A stretch of 64,000 nucleotides of DNA from Eledone cirrhosa (taxonomy: Eukaryota). Numbering within the stretch: position 1 is the first letter of the stretch; every line of letters starts with the position of its first letter. The stretch lies in assembly GCA_964016885.1 (NCBI GenBank), contig OZ024754.1, forward strand, positions 17,546,001 to 17,610,000, read 5' to 3'. Shown here in pieces: positions 15,701-27,777 of the stretch. Position numbers and translations under genes: made by a program. Under the pieces are notes generated by a model. It made no database searches and was not told the DNA's origin. It saw nothing but the letters and a program-made list of their open reading frames with translations.

Positions 15701-16522
15701 AGGTTGTACGATGCCTGCATACGAACAGCAATGCTGCATGGCAGTGAGACCTGGGCATTGTGTGCAGAGGATATACGCAGACTAGAGAGGAACGAAGCTT
15801 GCATGCTCCGCTGGATGTGTAACAGTAATATACGTGAACGGCAAAGCATAAACGAACTAAGGAAAAAATTAGAGATAAGAGGGATCAGATGTTGTTTACT
15901 CGAGAGAAGGCTACGTTGGTATGGACACGTGATGCGCATGAAAGTCGATAGCTGTATAACAAAGTGCAGGGCAATAAAGATAGACGGTAGTCACGGAATA
16001 GGCAGACCTAGAAAAACCTGGGACGAGCTGATAAACTCCGACATCACACACTTACACCTCTCCAAGACAATGTCACTGGACCGAGACCTTTGGCGGTACT
16101 CAGTAACAGAGAAGACCCGCCTTACCTAAATATATAGTAAAACCTACTCCAGCCAGTAGGCATCTCTAACAAAATACACCCCGTCCCACCACCCCCACCC
16201 CCACCCCATCCACACCACCCCGTTCTATGTAAAGTTATGTTGGTGCCGCGCCATCGAGGCCGAAACAAACGAGATCGTGTAGGTGTCACGACAAAAAAAC
16301 ACACAGTCCACGCTGTAATGTGGCCGTGTAGGCAACACGGTAAAAACCTCCCAGACCCACACTGTAAATGTGGTTGGTGTTAGGAAGGGCATCCAACTGT
16401 AGAAAACCTGCCAGACAGTCCTATGCGAGCAATCACTCTTGCCTCAAGTGGGACTACCCCCGTCCAAACCCATGCAAGCGTGGAACACGGACGTTAAACG
16501 TTGATGATGATGATGATGATGA
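12737..16522 (+). mobile_element. Near full-length RTE-clade LINE
   Basis: 5' region with tandem CCAAT-containing repeats, single long ORF, 3' UTR with gaagggcatcc motif and (gat)n tail. Confidence 0.95.
12891..16129 (+). pseudogene. RTE ORF: AP endonuclease + reverse transcriptase + PHD-like Cys/His finger; one 1-nt frameshift near 15508
   Basis: GTINAGTL, IQETRW, AGDLNGH (APE); FVDLEKAFD, HQGSVLSP, YADD (RT); CSVC..CPKC...HKRC..CGRC finger; ORFs 12699-15545 and 15500-16129 overlap out of frame; start codon uncertain. Confidence 0.93.
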
Positions 16523-16603
16523 TAACTATAACTATATATATATATATATATATATAACTATATATATATATATATAGCTATATATATATAGATATTTAAC
16601 TAT

Positions 16604-17339
16604 ATTGGGAGAGGAAATTGAGTATATAGCTTATCAAATGATTCTAAGGACATAATTTATTGTATATTGCTCTGATTATTTAATTTATTAATTCATCATT
16701 GAGTCACATCGTGAATGGTTGCCAAAAGTATATCTATGACTTTGTCTAGTTTGTGTATATGTAAATCTTTATATTTGATAATCTCCCATAAGGTTGAGAT
16801 GCAATTTGGGCAATATTGGGCTGCGCTTTCTAGCAACCAGCCCACTCGCCGTAAGCCACCAATCACATTCTTTCTGACTTGACCACTGCCACGTCAGAGT
16901 TCTTAGCCATTTTGAATTCGTTTCTGGCGGGGATCACTTAAGAAAAATCTTTGTCCAAGTGAGTTTGTTTCCTGATGAGTTCGAAGCTCGAGAATTTATC
17001 CTTGATAGGATATTTCCGAAAGCGAACGAAACCCTGAGGGTAGAAACCTAATCCTGGTATGTGTATATGCATTTTTTCTTCTAACTTTAATTTTATACCT
17101 AATTGTGAATGGTTGACGATATATTTAATCAATTTCCACGTGCTATTGAAATGCTGGGTAAATATTCTATGGCTGTTGATTGCAAATAGATGGCTATCGT
17201 TTATTTATCTATAATTTCTTCATAGGTGCCTTTTAATCTTATAGCCTGGTTTAATTGTTTTTTTGTGTGGTTGATTATGCTAATTGGGAGAGGAAATTGA
17301 GTATATATCTTATCAAATGATTCTAAGGACATAATTTAT
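16604..17339 (+). mobile_element. Hammerhead-bearing 679-bp unit with 57-bp terminal direct repeat (PLE pLTR or retrozyme-like)
   Basis: attgggagaggaaattgag...ggacataatttat at 16604-16660 and 17283-17339; embedded in (TA)n. Confidence 0.6.
16967..17047 (+). ncRNA. Canonical type I hammerhead ribozyme with extended stem II
   Basis: Stem I gtttc/gaaac, CTGATGA 16972-16978, stem II gttcg/cgaac capped by tatcct-tgat-aggata, GAAA, stem III ccc/ggg, GTA triplet. Confidence 0.85.
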
Positions 17340-17406
17340 AATATATATATATATACATATATGTAAATATATATATATATAATATATATATAACTATATA
17401 TATATA

Positions 17407-19217
17407 TGTGTCCGGAATGATGCCGGTGTACTTAGTGTCACGAATGATCAGAAAAAGGAGGCCTGGAAATGTCATTATGAGAGACTGATGAATGTGGAGA
17501 ATGAATGGGAGAGAGAGAAATTACCCTTAGTAGATCCAACAGAGGGACCCAGCTATTGAGATTGACAAATATAGGGTCCAAGAGGCTATTAAGGAAATGA
17601 AAAATGGTAAGGCTGCTGGACCATCGGGGATAGTTGCTGAGATGCTGAAGGCATCAGGGGACGTAGTCACTAAACTGGTTGCATGCATCATCAATCAGGC
17701 TATATATGGTGGTGTCATGCCCAAAGACTGGTGTAGCAGTATTCTCATAAATTGCTACAAAGGTAAAGGGGATGCTCAGGAGAGGAGCAATTATAGGGGT
17801 ATAAAACTGATGGATCAGGTTATGAAAATGGCAGAAAGGATTTTAGCACAACTAATTAGAGAAAGGGTCAAACTACATGAGATGCAGTTTGGTTTTGTGC
17901 CTGGGAAGAGTATAACAGATGCCCTCTTCTTGGTGAGACAATTACAAGAGAGGTTCTTACAGAAAAATACTTAGCCTTTTTTTACCTAGAGAAGGCCTTT
18001 GATAGGGTACCCCGATCTGTCATCTGGTGGTCCCTAAGGAAACTAGGTGTTGAGGAATGGCTTGAGGACAGTGCAAACTTTGTACAGAGGTACTGTCAGT
18101 AAAGAAAGGGTAGGAATGGAGTTTAGTGAGGAATTCCAGATACAAGTAGGAGTACATCAAGGTTCGGTCCTCAGCCTGCTCTTGTTCATTATAGTCCTCC
18201 AAGCCATAGCAGAGGAGTTTAAGACTGGCTGTCCATGGGAACTTCTCTATGCTGATGATCTGGTTCTTATAGCAGAATCAGTAGAGGAGCTAGAGAATAA
18301 ATTCTGGCTATGGAAACAGCAGTTGGAAGCAAGAGGACTGAGAGTGAACCTAGCTAAGACAATAGTGTTGATGAGTAGAAAAGAGGATAAAACTCTGATT
18401 CCGTCAGGGAAATGGCCATGTTCGATATGCAGAAAAGGAACTGGCATAAATTCTATAAAATGCACATAATGCAGATCCTGGGTACACAAGAGATGTAGCG
18501 GGATAGCAGGCAAATTAACAGGTAGGGAGAAATACATATGTAGTAGATGTACAGAGAAATTAGACAGAAGTCGCATTGATAGACACATTTTTCAAATGCA
18601 GCCGGGTGCTATAGAAGTGGTGGATAGCTTCCGGTACCTAGGAGATCAGATTAGCATGGGAGGGGGGTTTTCCGAGGCGTTAGTATCTAGAATAAAGACG
18701 GGTTGGAAGAAGTTAAGGGAGCTGCTTCTTCTGCTGACAAAGAAGGGTTTCTCCCTGCGTACAAAAGGCCGGTTATATGATGCCTGTGTGAGAAGCGCGA
18801 TGCTGCATGGTAGTGAGACATGGGCATCAACTGCAGCGGATATGCGACAGCAGGAGAAAAATGAGGCAAGCATGCTCCGTTGGATGTGCAATGTCAATGT
18901 GCATGAACGACCCAGCATGGATGTGTTGAGAGAGAAACTGTCTGAGAGGGATAGAATGTAGTGTGCGAGAGAGGGGAGTGAGGTGGTATGGACATGTGAT
19001 GCGCATGGAGGATGACCGATGGGTGAAGAAGTGCCAGGAAATGCCAGTTGAAGGAAGACGTGGTAGAGGTAGAACATGGGCGGAGGTGGTGAGAAAGACC
19101 TCAGATCGCTGAAGCTCACGGTGATGACAAAGGACCATGACAAGTAGAGAGATGCTGTGCTGAATAGGACCTGTCCCACCCATGCAAGCAGGGAAAAGCG
19201 GACGTAAAATGATGATA
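17407..19217 (+). mobile_element. Decayed 5'-truncated RTE LINE, second subfamily
   Basis: ORF fragments 17597-17974, 18047-18469 and 18596-18961 are homologous to the RTE RT/C-terminus with several frameshifts and stops; short 3' tail ending (gat)n. Confidence 0.92.
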
Positions 19218-19542
19218 GTTATATGTATATATAGTTATATCTCTCTCTCTCTTTCTATACCTCTTCTCTCTCCCATCTCACTATTCTCTCTCCCTCCCTT
19301 TCAATATATGTTTTCTCTCTACCTCTCTCCCTCTCATTTTTTTGTCTCTCTCCCTTTTACATCTATTTTCTTCCAACAGTTTAATTTAAATAAACCGTTT
19401 TTTTTCAATTTTTCTGACACTCATTTGCATACTCACTCACAACTCTGTATCACCCTCAATTATCTCCACTATCCAGCGAATTTCAACCGTCGAGGTTGTC
19501 CTTTTTCCAGGTATGTCAATATTTATTTATAAAACAAATCTG

Positions 19543-19608
19543 TATTTTATCTGATGAAAGCGCACCATAATTTACCTTGGTCACCCTTGAAATATATATA
19601 ATAAAATA
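19543..19608 (+). ncRNA. Type I hammerhead ribozyme in a Penelope-like LTR island (~19230-19650)
   Basis: Stem I tattttat/ataaaata, CTGATGA 19551-19557, stem II aag/ctt, GAAA, T-atat-A, ATA; downstream sequence matches 7021-7062. Confidence 0.68.
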
Positions 19609-19748
19609 ATTATGGTTTTATAAATATAGTTTCCATTTATTAATATATTGTATATATATAACTATATATTGTATATATATAACTATATATATATATATAT
19701 AACTATATATATATATATATAACTATATATATATATATATATAACTAT

Positions 19749-19945
19749 AAAAAGCACCCAGCACTCACTGTAAATGAGGTTGGTGTTAGGAAGGGCATCT
19801 AGCTGTAGAAATCAAGCCAAATCAGTTCCTGTATGAGCAAGGCATGGTCAGCCGACCAGACACTGCCCACAACAGGACAACCCGTCTAACCCATGCTAGC
19901 GTGGAAGAACGGACGTAAAACGGTGATGATGATGATGATGATGAT
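19749..19945 (+). mobile_element. SINE/RTE 3' tail fragment
   Basis: aaaagcacccagcactcactgtaaatgaggttggtgttaggaagggcatc...ggacgtaaaa...(gat)n. Confidence 0.75.
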
Positions 19946-20138
19946 ATATATATATATAACTATATATATATATAACTATATATAACTATATATATAACTA
20001 TATATATATAACTATATATATATAACTATATATATATATATAACTATATATATATATATAACTATATATATATATAACTATATATATATATAACTATATA
20101 TATATATAACTATATATATATATAACTATATATATATA

Positions 20139-20199
<61 letters not shown>

Positions 20200-20217
20200 C
20201 TATATATATATATAACT

Positions 20218-21745
20218 ATTTATTAAAATAACAGATTAAAGTTTAAGCAAAGAATCGCTGCTTTCACCCTTAACGGGATCTTCTGAAACTAACAAAGTCA
20301 ATCTGTAAACGCAGAAGTGGATATTTCAAAAAACGTTGCAACCGCCAATAGATTCAAGCAGCGTCTTTACATGCATACCCATTCTTTTCGTTACCCTCTA
20401 AGAAGGAATATGACACTTTCACTTTCACCTTATATCTGGAGTCTAAAAGACAACCACACCCAATATAAGTTACACTGGGAGATCCTAGCTAGGGCTAGAT
20501 CGTATAACGGAAATAAAAGACCGTGTGACCTCTGCGCCGCTAAGGCCCTGGAAATACTCTACACCACAGACCACATCTTAAACAAAAATCTGAGGCAATT
20601 TTGGCTTGTAAACATAAATTGCACAAAACTTTCCTGTATTACAGCCCCACATTATACCCTAACGGATAGTACGATCTATACGTGGATATTTTACGTCTTG
20701 ATGTGGGAGCTAAGTATATGTTTTGTTTATATCATTACTTATTTGCATAGGTAAGTATATATTACCCGTATGTTTTGTGAAGGTACGTATACCTTCTCGT
20801 ACGTATATTTGATTGTTTATGTGATGGCGTATATTTTTTATATATTCTGGTACATATGGTTTGGCTATGTGTATACGGGAGTTCTGCGTCTGTGTGAGTA
20901 TGCAGGTTCGTACGTATGTAGGGTGTGTGTATATGTGTACTTCATGTTTTGGTTGACTTACGTCTCCGTACATTCGTGTATTTACATGTAGGTATGTGTG
21001 TGCGCCTGTTATATACGTATTTATTTATATACGTTTATATAATTATTTATTTGTATACACGCATACACACACACATATTTATATGTGCGTGGTTTTGTAT
21101 ACCTATGGTAAGTGTTTTGCGTATGCTTGTGTATGTACGTATTTGTTTGCGGGTATGTATTTATTTATTTCTATTACTTCTGTATTGTATTTATTTACTT
21201 TGTTCTTAACTCTGTAGCGGAGATTCATTCGGTCTCCTAGTTAGAATTTTAGTCTACGACTTCTGCTATACCATTTACGTGGTTTTGTCTTTGCGTGCTA
21301 TTGTTCTCCACGCTCCACATATGACGTATTATCTTCGTTTTTTTCGTTCATTGCCAGAGAACGTCTCTATGAACCACCTAAGAGAACATTAGTCTACGAC
21401 CTTTTTATACCATAAACGTGGTTCTGTCTTTGCGCGTAATTGTTTTTCACCGCTCCTATTAATGACGTATTATATTCGTTTTTTCCCGTTCTTTACCAGT
21501 GAACGTTTCCACGAACCAAAGTATCGTCTTCCTCCGGTTGCAACGTTTTTTGAAATATCCACTTCTGCGTTTACAGATTAACTTTGTTAGTTTCAGAAAA
21601 TCCCGTTAAGGGTGAAAGCAGCGATCCTTTGCTTAAACTTTAATCTGTTATTCTAATAAATATTTGCTCTACGATTCTTATATATTTGATATATATTTAT
21701 CCTTAACAAGACCTCATTGGATTTCAAATTTAATATTATTATTAC
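20218..21745 (+). mobile_element. Truncated Penelope-like element: GIY-YIG endonuclease remnant with inverted LTR fragment
   Basis: ORF 20317-20754 FKQRL..H..SF...LS.YIWSLK...LHWEILARARSY...CDLC...ILNK; ~125-bp inverted repeats at 20218-20344 and 21535-21661, each carrying a hammerhead-like fold. Confidence 0.8.
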
Positions 21746-21758
21746 TACATGTGTGTGT

Positions 21759-21849
<91 letters not shown>

Positions 21850-21853
<4 letters not shown>

Positions 21854-22190
21854 TTAGTGGTTAGAGCATTGGCCTTGCAATCGAAAGGTTGTGAGTTCAA
21901 TTCTCAGACCGGGTGATGTGTTGTTTCCTTGAGCAAGACACTTTATTTCACATTGCTCCAGTTTACTCAGCTGTAGAAATGATAGTGGAATGATAGGGAC
22001 CCCAGTCCCTATCATTCCACTGCAAAGTGGTCATGGAGGTGCCACGGCAAAAAAGCATCCATCACTCACTGTAAATGAGGTTGGTGTTAGGAAGGGCATC
22101 CAGCTGTAGAAATCAAGCCAGAATCAGTTCCCGTCCCACCCTAGCAAGCAGGGAAAACAGGACGTAAAATGAAATGATGATGATGATGAT
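21850..22190 (+). mobile_element. CORE-type SINE with RTE-derived 3' tail (family B)
   Basis: tggcttagtggttagagc..gagttcaattc head, ccttgagcaagacacttt core, gaagggcatccagctgtagaaa tail, (gat)n. Confidence 0.88.
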
Positions 22191-22220
22191 ATAACTATAT
22201 ATATAATATAACTATATATA

Positions 22221-22665
22221 CACCTCTCCAAGACAATGTCACTGGACCGAGACCTTTGGCGGTACTCAGTAACAGAGAAGACCCGCCTTGCCAGTAGGCA
22301 TCTCTAACAAAATACACCCCGTCCCACCACCACCACCCCCACCCCATCCACACCACCCCGTCCTATGTAAAGTTATGTTGGTGCCGCGCCATCCGGGCCG
22401 AAACAAATGAGATCGTGTAGGTGTCACGACAAAAAAACACACAGTCCACGCTGTAATGTGGCCGTGTAGGCAACACGGTAAAAACCTCCCAGACCCACAC
22501 TGTAAATGTGGTTGGTGTTAGGAAGGGCATCCAACTGTAGAAAACCTGCCAGACAGTCCTATGCGAGCAAGACAATCACTCTTGCCTCAAGTGGGACTAC
22601 CCCCGTCCAAACCCATGCAAGCGTGGAACACGGACGTTAAACGTTGATGATGATGATGATGATGA
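22221..22665 (+). mobile_element. Short RTE 3' fragment, near-identical to 16056-16522, with a small deletion
   Basis: Direct sequence match. Confidence 0.9.
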
Positions 22666-22825
22666 TATATGTATATAACTATATATATATGTATATAACT
22701 ATATATATATAACTATATACATATATATATAACTATATATATATAACTATATACATATATATATAACTATATATATATAACTATATACATATATATATAA
22801 CTATATATATATAACTATATATATA

Positions 22826-22860
<35 letters not shown>

Positions 22861-23057
22861 CTATATTTCAGAATTCATTGTCATGCGCATGTATTGTTTT
22901 TTTGGCGGTAAATTACTTCCTCATTTTTTGAATCAGTTTGAGCACTTCTTTAGAACTGCTGGACTGGCAACCTGACAGATACCTCAGGCACAGAGGATGA
23001 TGATTATCGCTAAATACTGATGTTGGTTAGATTATCAATATTAGTATTATTGGGGCA

Positions 23058-23184
23058 CCCACTGATGAATTATAGGAGCCCACTTGAATATATATCTATT
23101 GATGGTATACAAGCTCCTACATAAATTGGTATAATTTCACCCAAATTGTAGGAATCCTATAATGAAACAAGACGTCCGTCTGGG
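23058..23184 (+). ncRNA. Type I hammerhead ribozyme with a large branched insertion in stem II
   Basis: Stem I ccca/tggg, CTGATGA 23062-23068, 9-bp stem II attatagga/tcctataat, GAAA 23164-23167, C-aagacgtcc-G, GTC triplet 23178-23180. Confidence 0.8.
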
Positions 23185-23995
23185 AAGAGATATATTAGAT
23201 ATGTCTCATATGAAATAATACAGCCAATTTTCCACGCAATACTTTTAGTTAGCACTCCGAACGCATAATTGGGAATATAATCACTTATTTCCTAATGTTT
23301 GTTGAGTGAGTATCGCTAAAAAGCTTTCTCCGATATTGTATTTATATATATATAACTATATATATATATATAACTATATATATATATATATATAACTATA
23401 TATATATATATATATATAACTATATATATAACTATATATATAACTATATATATAACTATATATATAACTATATATATAACTATATATATAACTATATATA
23501 TAACTATATATATATATATATATAACTATATATATATATATATATAACTATATATATATATATATATAACTATATATAACTATATATAACTATATATATA
23601 TATATAACTATATATATATAACTATATATATATATATAACTATATATATATATATAACTATATATATATAACTATATATATATATATAACTATATATATA
23701 TATATATAACTATAAGGAATTTATATCTAGTAACATTTATATACACACAGATGCATATCAATGCTAGTAAATATATAGGTTTTGTCTTATTAACAATGTG
23801 GTTCAATGCATGGGGTTGCAGAACAATAATATGAGAGACGTAAAATAAGAAAATTATAAAATTAATAACTATATATATATATATAACTATATATATATAA
23901 CTATATATACATATAACTATATATATATAACTATCATCATCATCATCGTTTAACGTTCATCTTCCACGCTTGCATGAACTATATATATAACTATA

Positions 23996-24664
23996 TCATC
24001 ATCATCATCATCATCATCGTTTAACGTCCGTGTTCCATGCTTGCATGGGTTTGGACGGAGGGTTTTCCCACTTGAGGCAAGAGTGGTTGTCTTGCTCGCA
24101 TAGGACTATGCGGGTTTTCTACAGCTGGATGCCCTTCCTAACACCAACCACATTTACAGTGTGGGGCTGGGAGGTTTTTACCGTGTTGCCTACACGGCCA
24201 CATTACAGCGTGAACTGTGTGTTTTTTTGACGTGACACCTACACGATCTCATTTGTTTCGGCCTGGATGTTGTGGCACCAACATAACTTTACATTGAAAG
24301 GGGCGGTGTGGATGGGGTGGGGGTGGTGGGGCGGGGGTGTATTTTGTTAGAGATGCCTACGGACTGTAGTAGGTTTTACTTTGTATTTAGGTAAGGCGAG
24401 TCTTCTCTATTACTGAGTACCGCCAAAGGTCTCGGTCCAGTGACATTGTCTTGGTGAGGTGTAAGTGTGTGAGGTCGGAATTTATCAGCTCGTCCCAGGT
24501 TTTTCTGGGTCTGCCTATTCCGTGGCTACCGTCTATCTTTATTGCCCTGCACTTTGTTATACAGCTATCGTCCTTCATGCGCATCACGTGACCATACCAA
24601 CGTAGCCTTCTCTCGAGTAAACAACATCTGATCCCTCTTATTTCTAATTTTTTCCTTAGTTCGT
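23996..24664 (-). mobile_element. 5'-truncated RTE LINE fragment
   Basis: ORF 24387-24587 matches the RTE C-terminus; full 3' UTR; tail partly duplicated at ~23934-23976. Confidence 0.9.
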
Positions 24665-24692
24665 ATATATATATATATATATATATATGTGA

Positions 24693-24808
24693 AGGCGTGT
24701 GGCTGAGTGGTTAGAGAATTGGATTCGCAATCGTAAGGTTGTGATTTCAATTCCTGGACCAGGCGATGCGTTATGTCCTTGAGCAAGACACTTTATTTCA
24801 CGTTGCTC
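24693..24808 (+). mobile_element. CORE SINE 5' fragment
   Basis: ggcgtgtggctgagtggttagag..ttcaattcc..gtccttgagcaagacactttatttcac. Confidence 0.75.
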
Positions 24809-25010
24809 CTTCTACCTGGAGTTGTGACCGATAGATAGTGTTAGCAATTAGAAAGACCAACGGAAACATTGTTCCCTCGGTCCAATTTGACGAAAGTCGA
24901 TCGTTCCTGTAAAATATATATATATAACTATATATATATATATATATAACTATATATATATATATATAACCATATATATAACTATATATATAACCATATA
25001 TATATATATA

Positions 25011-25042
<32 letters not shown>

Positions 25043-25062
25043 ACTATATATATATATATATA

Positions 25063-25193
<131 letters not shown>

Positions 25194-25203
25194 CTATATA
25201 ACT

Positions 25204-25436
25204 GAGTTTACTCAGCTGTAGAAATGAGATGATAGGGACTGGGGTCTCTATCATTCCACTGCAAAGTGGTCGTGGAGGTGCCACGGCAAAAAAGCACCCA
25301 GCACTCACTGTAAATGAGGTTGGTGTTAGGAAGGGCATCCAGCTGTAGAAATCAAGCCAGAATTAGTTCCCGTCCCACCCTTGCAAGCAGGGAAAAGTGG
25401 ACGTAAAATGAAATGATGAAATGATGATGAAATGAT
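25204..25436 (+). mobile_element. 5'-truncated family B SINE
   Basis: Matches 21960-22190. Confidence 0.85.
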
Positions 25437-25668
25437 ATGTTTAAGTTTCTCTTAAGAGAAACTTAAAAATAAGGAGTGGCACCCCATTCTGAACTTGTTT
25501 ATAGAATTCTTTCTGCCTTTGTTACTCTAAATATAAATTATAACTTTAAAGAATTAGCTCTTAATGAATACCCTTTTCTATCAACCAATGACCTCTACCC
25601 ATCCCACTCCCCACTCTTTCCTACCACCTGAAGAGACCTATAAATACCATATTTATTTTTTGATACCC

Positions 25669-25719
25669 AGATTCCTGATGATTTCTAAAGAATGAAACAG
25701 TTCTAGTCCTGTAGAATCT
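25669..25719 (+). ncRNA. Type I hammerhead ribozyme in a Penelope-like LTR
   Basis: Stem I agattc/gaatct, CTGATGA 25675-25681, stem II ttc/gaa, GAAA, stem III cag/ctg, GTA; TATAAATA lies ~25 nt upstream. Confidence 0.8.
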
Positions 25720-25802
25720 CATCTCTATTAAAACTTTTATACTCTGCTATGTATTGAGTACCTTACTTACTGTGGTTACCTCCGATTCAACCCGGAATAA
25801 CG

Positions 25803-25888
<86 letters not shown>

Positions 25889-25969
25889 GATCCCAGGTTA
25901 AATCGGGGATAACCACAGTAAGTCAAGTACTCAATACATAGCAGAGTAAAAGTAATTTAATATAGAAAT

Positions 25970-26020
25970 GGCTTCTACAGGACTAGAACTGTTTCATTCG
26001 GAGGAAATCATCAGAAAGCC
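25970..26020 (-). ncRNA. Type I hammerhead ribozyme, same family as 25669, inverted
   Basis: Reverse strand ggcttt-CTGATGA-tttc ctcc gaat-GAAA-cag ttctagtc ctg-TA-gaagcc; stem I covaries with the plus copy. Confidence 0.8.
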
Positions 26021-26377
26021 GACTGTCAATGTAAATTTCTGGTATTTATACATTTTGTCATGGTAAGGGAATAGTGGTTGGGGAGAGGGGGGGGGTAAAG
26101 GTCATGGTGGGATTAAAGGATGGGGATTCTTAGAAAAAACAAAATTTATTTAGAGAAAGAAGTTTAGTGGCAAGTTGCAATTGAAATAAACACTTCCTTA
26201 TTCTATAGTACACTATATATATATAATTATATATATATGTGTGTGTGAGAGTGAGTGTGTGTGTGTGTGTGAGTGTGTGTGTGTGTGTTAAGTATTTCTG
26301 AACAACTATATATATATAGTGTTCGGAAATATTTAACACACACACGCACATATATATATATCAAGCCGGGTCATATA

Positions 26378-26890
26378 TCTCCTTATAATATATAACCAGC
26401 AATTTCTCTGTTTGTCTATCTGTCTGTCCGACAGTGGAAACACGTGCGCGCGTGCGAATGTTTTTTGCGCACGCGTAGAGAGAGAGTGAGAGTGAAAGAA
26501 AGAGACAGACTACGAGAGGGGGATAGCGGGAGGGAGAGAGAGTGAATAGACGCTAAAACACGTGCGCGCGTGCGACTGTTTTTTGCGCACGCGTAGTGAG
26601 AGTGAGAGTGAAAAAAAGAGACAGACTACAAGAGGGGAAAAGTGGGAGGGAGAGAGGGGGGGGGGAATTGAGGAGTGCTACAGAAACATATATACATTTC
26701 TGTGTGTGTGTAATATATATATATATATATACACACACAGAAATATATATATATATACACACAGAAATATATATACATTTCTGTGTGTGTTATATATATA
26801 TATATACACACACAGAAATATATATACATTTCTGTGTGTGTAATATATATATACTAGCAGAAAACCCCCAAAAGAGCGGTTTTCTGCTAG
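26378..26890 (+). mobile_element. Non-autonomous Helitron-type element
   Basis: A|TC start; ends in the 14-bp inverted repeat actagcagaaaacc...ggttttctgCTAG|T. Confidence 0.55.
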
Positions 26891-27541
26891 TCTATATATC
26901 TAAAACAGAGAATGTCTGTCTGACTCCCTAAAGCTCGAGAACCACGCAACCGATTGTTTTCAAACTTTACACATGTAATACTTTTGGTCCTGTGAGTGTT
27001 TTGAGCAAAAATAATTTCCAATTTTCAATGCTCTAGGGACCGCATTAGGTGATTTAGCGATCTCTCTATAATTCTTAGTCTTTCTTTTTAGATAGATACA
27101 TACATATAACGTTGCGCCCTTATAATTGTTTCTACTTTTGGCACAAGGCCAGCAATTATCCAGTGCATTACTGGTACTTTATTTTATCGACCCCGTAAGG
27201 ATGAAAGGCAAAGTAAACCTCGGCGGGATTTATCTGTCTGTATGTCTGCATTACATTATGACTCTGTGTGTGTATATGTATATATAGTGTGTGTATATAT
27301 GTATATATAATGTGTAACGTTTTTCGAAATATTTACTTCTGCGATTTTTTTAGTTTCAGAAGATCCCGTTCAGGGTGAAAGCAGTTATTATTTGCTTAAA
27401 CCATAATTATATATATATATATATATAATTATATAAGAATTAAAATACTAGAGTGTGTTGGAGTTAAACACCCTCTTCATATTATAGAAATGACAGTAAA
27501 GGTATAGCTCAATGTAATTAAACAGAGCCGAAGAATTAAGA

Positions 27542-27572
<31 letters not shown>

Positions 27573-27777
27573 TAATTATATATATATATATAATTATATA
27601 TATATATATATAATTATATATACATATAATTATATATCGTGCACAGATATTTTTGCATACACAATAACAAAATATAAACAAACGTATTTATTTCATGAGG
27701 CTCGATAAGGATAAATATATATCAAATATATAAGAACCCTAGTGCAAATCCCAAGCAAGGCCGGGCCATTCTGCTAG
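26891..27777 (+). mobile_element. Second, abutting Helitron-type element carrying SINE and PLE fragments
   Basis: TCtatatatctaaaac start; 3' hairpin cccaagcaaggccggg then CTAG|T at 27774-27778, same end style as 11994-12022. Confidence 0.65.

Noticed and set aside
16938-17200. Possible GIY-YIG remnant on minus (WKLIK...LKLEEKMHI)
   Set aside because: Similarity is too weak, and it is antisense to the hammerhead
21850-21910. tRNA genes at SINE heads
   Set aside because: A/B boxes are present but there is no complete cloverleaf, and each continues into a SINE core and tail
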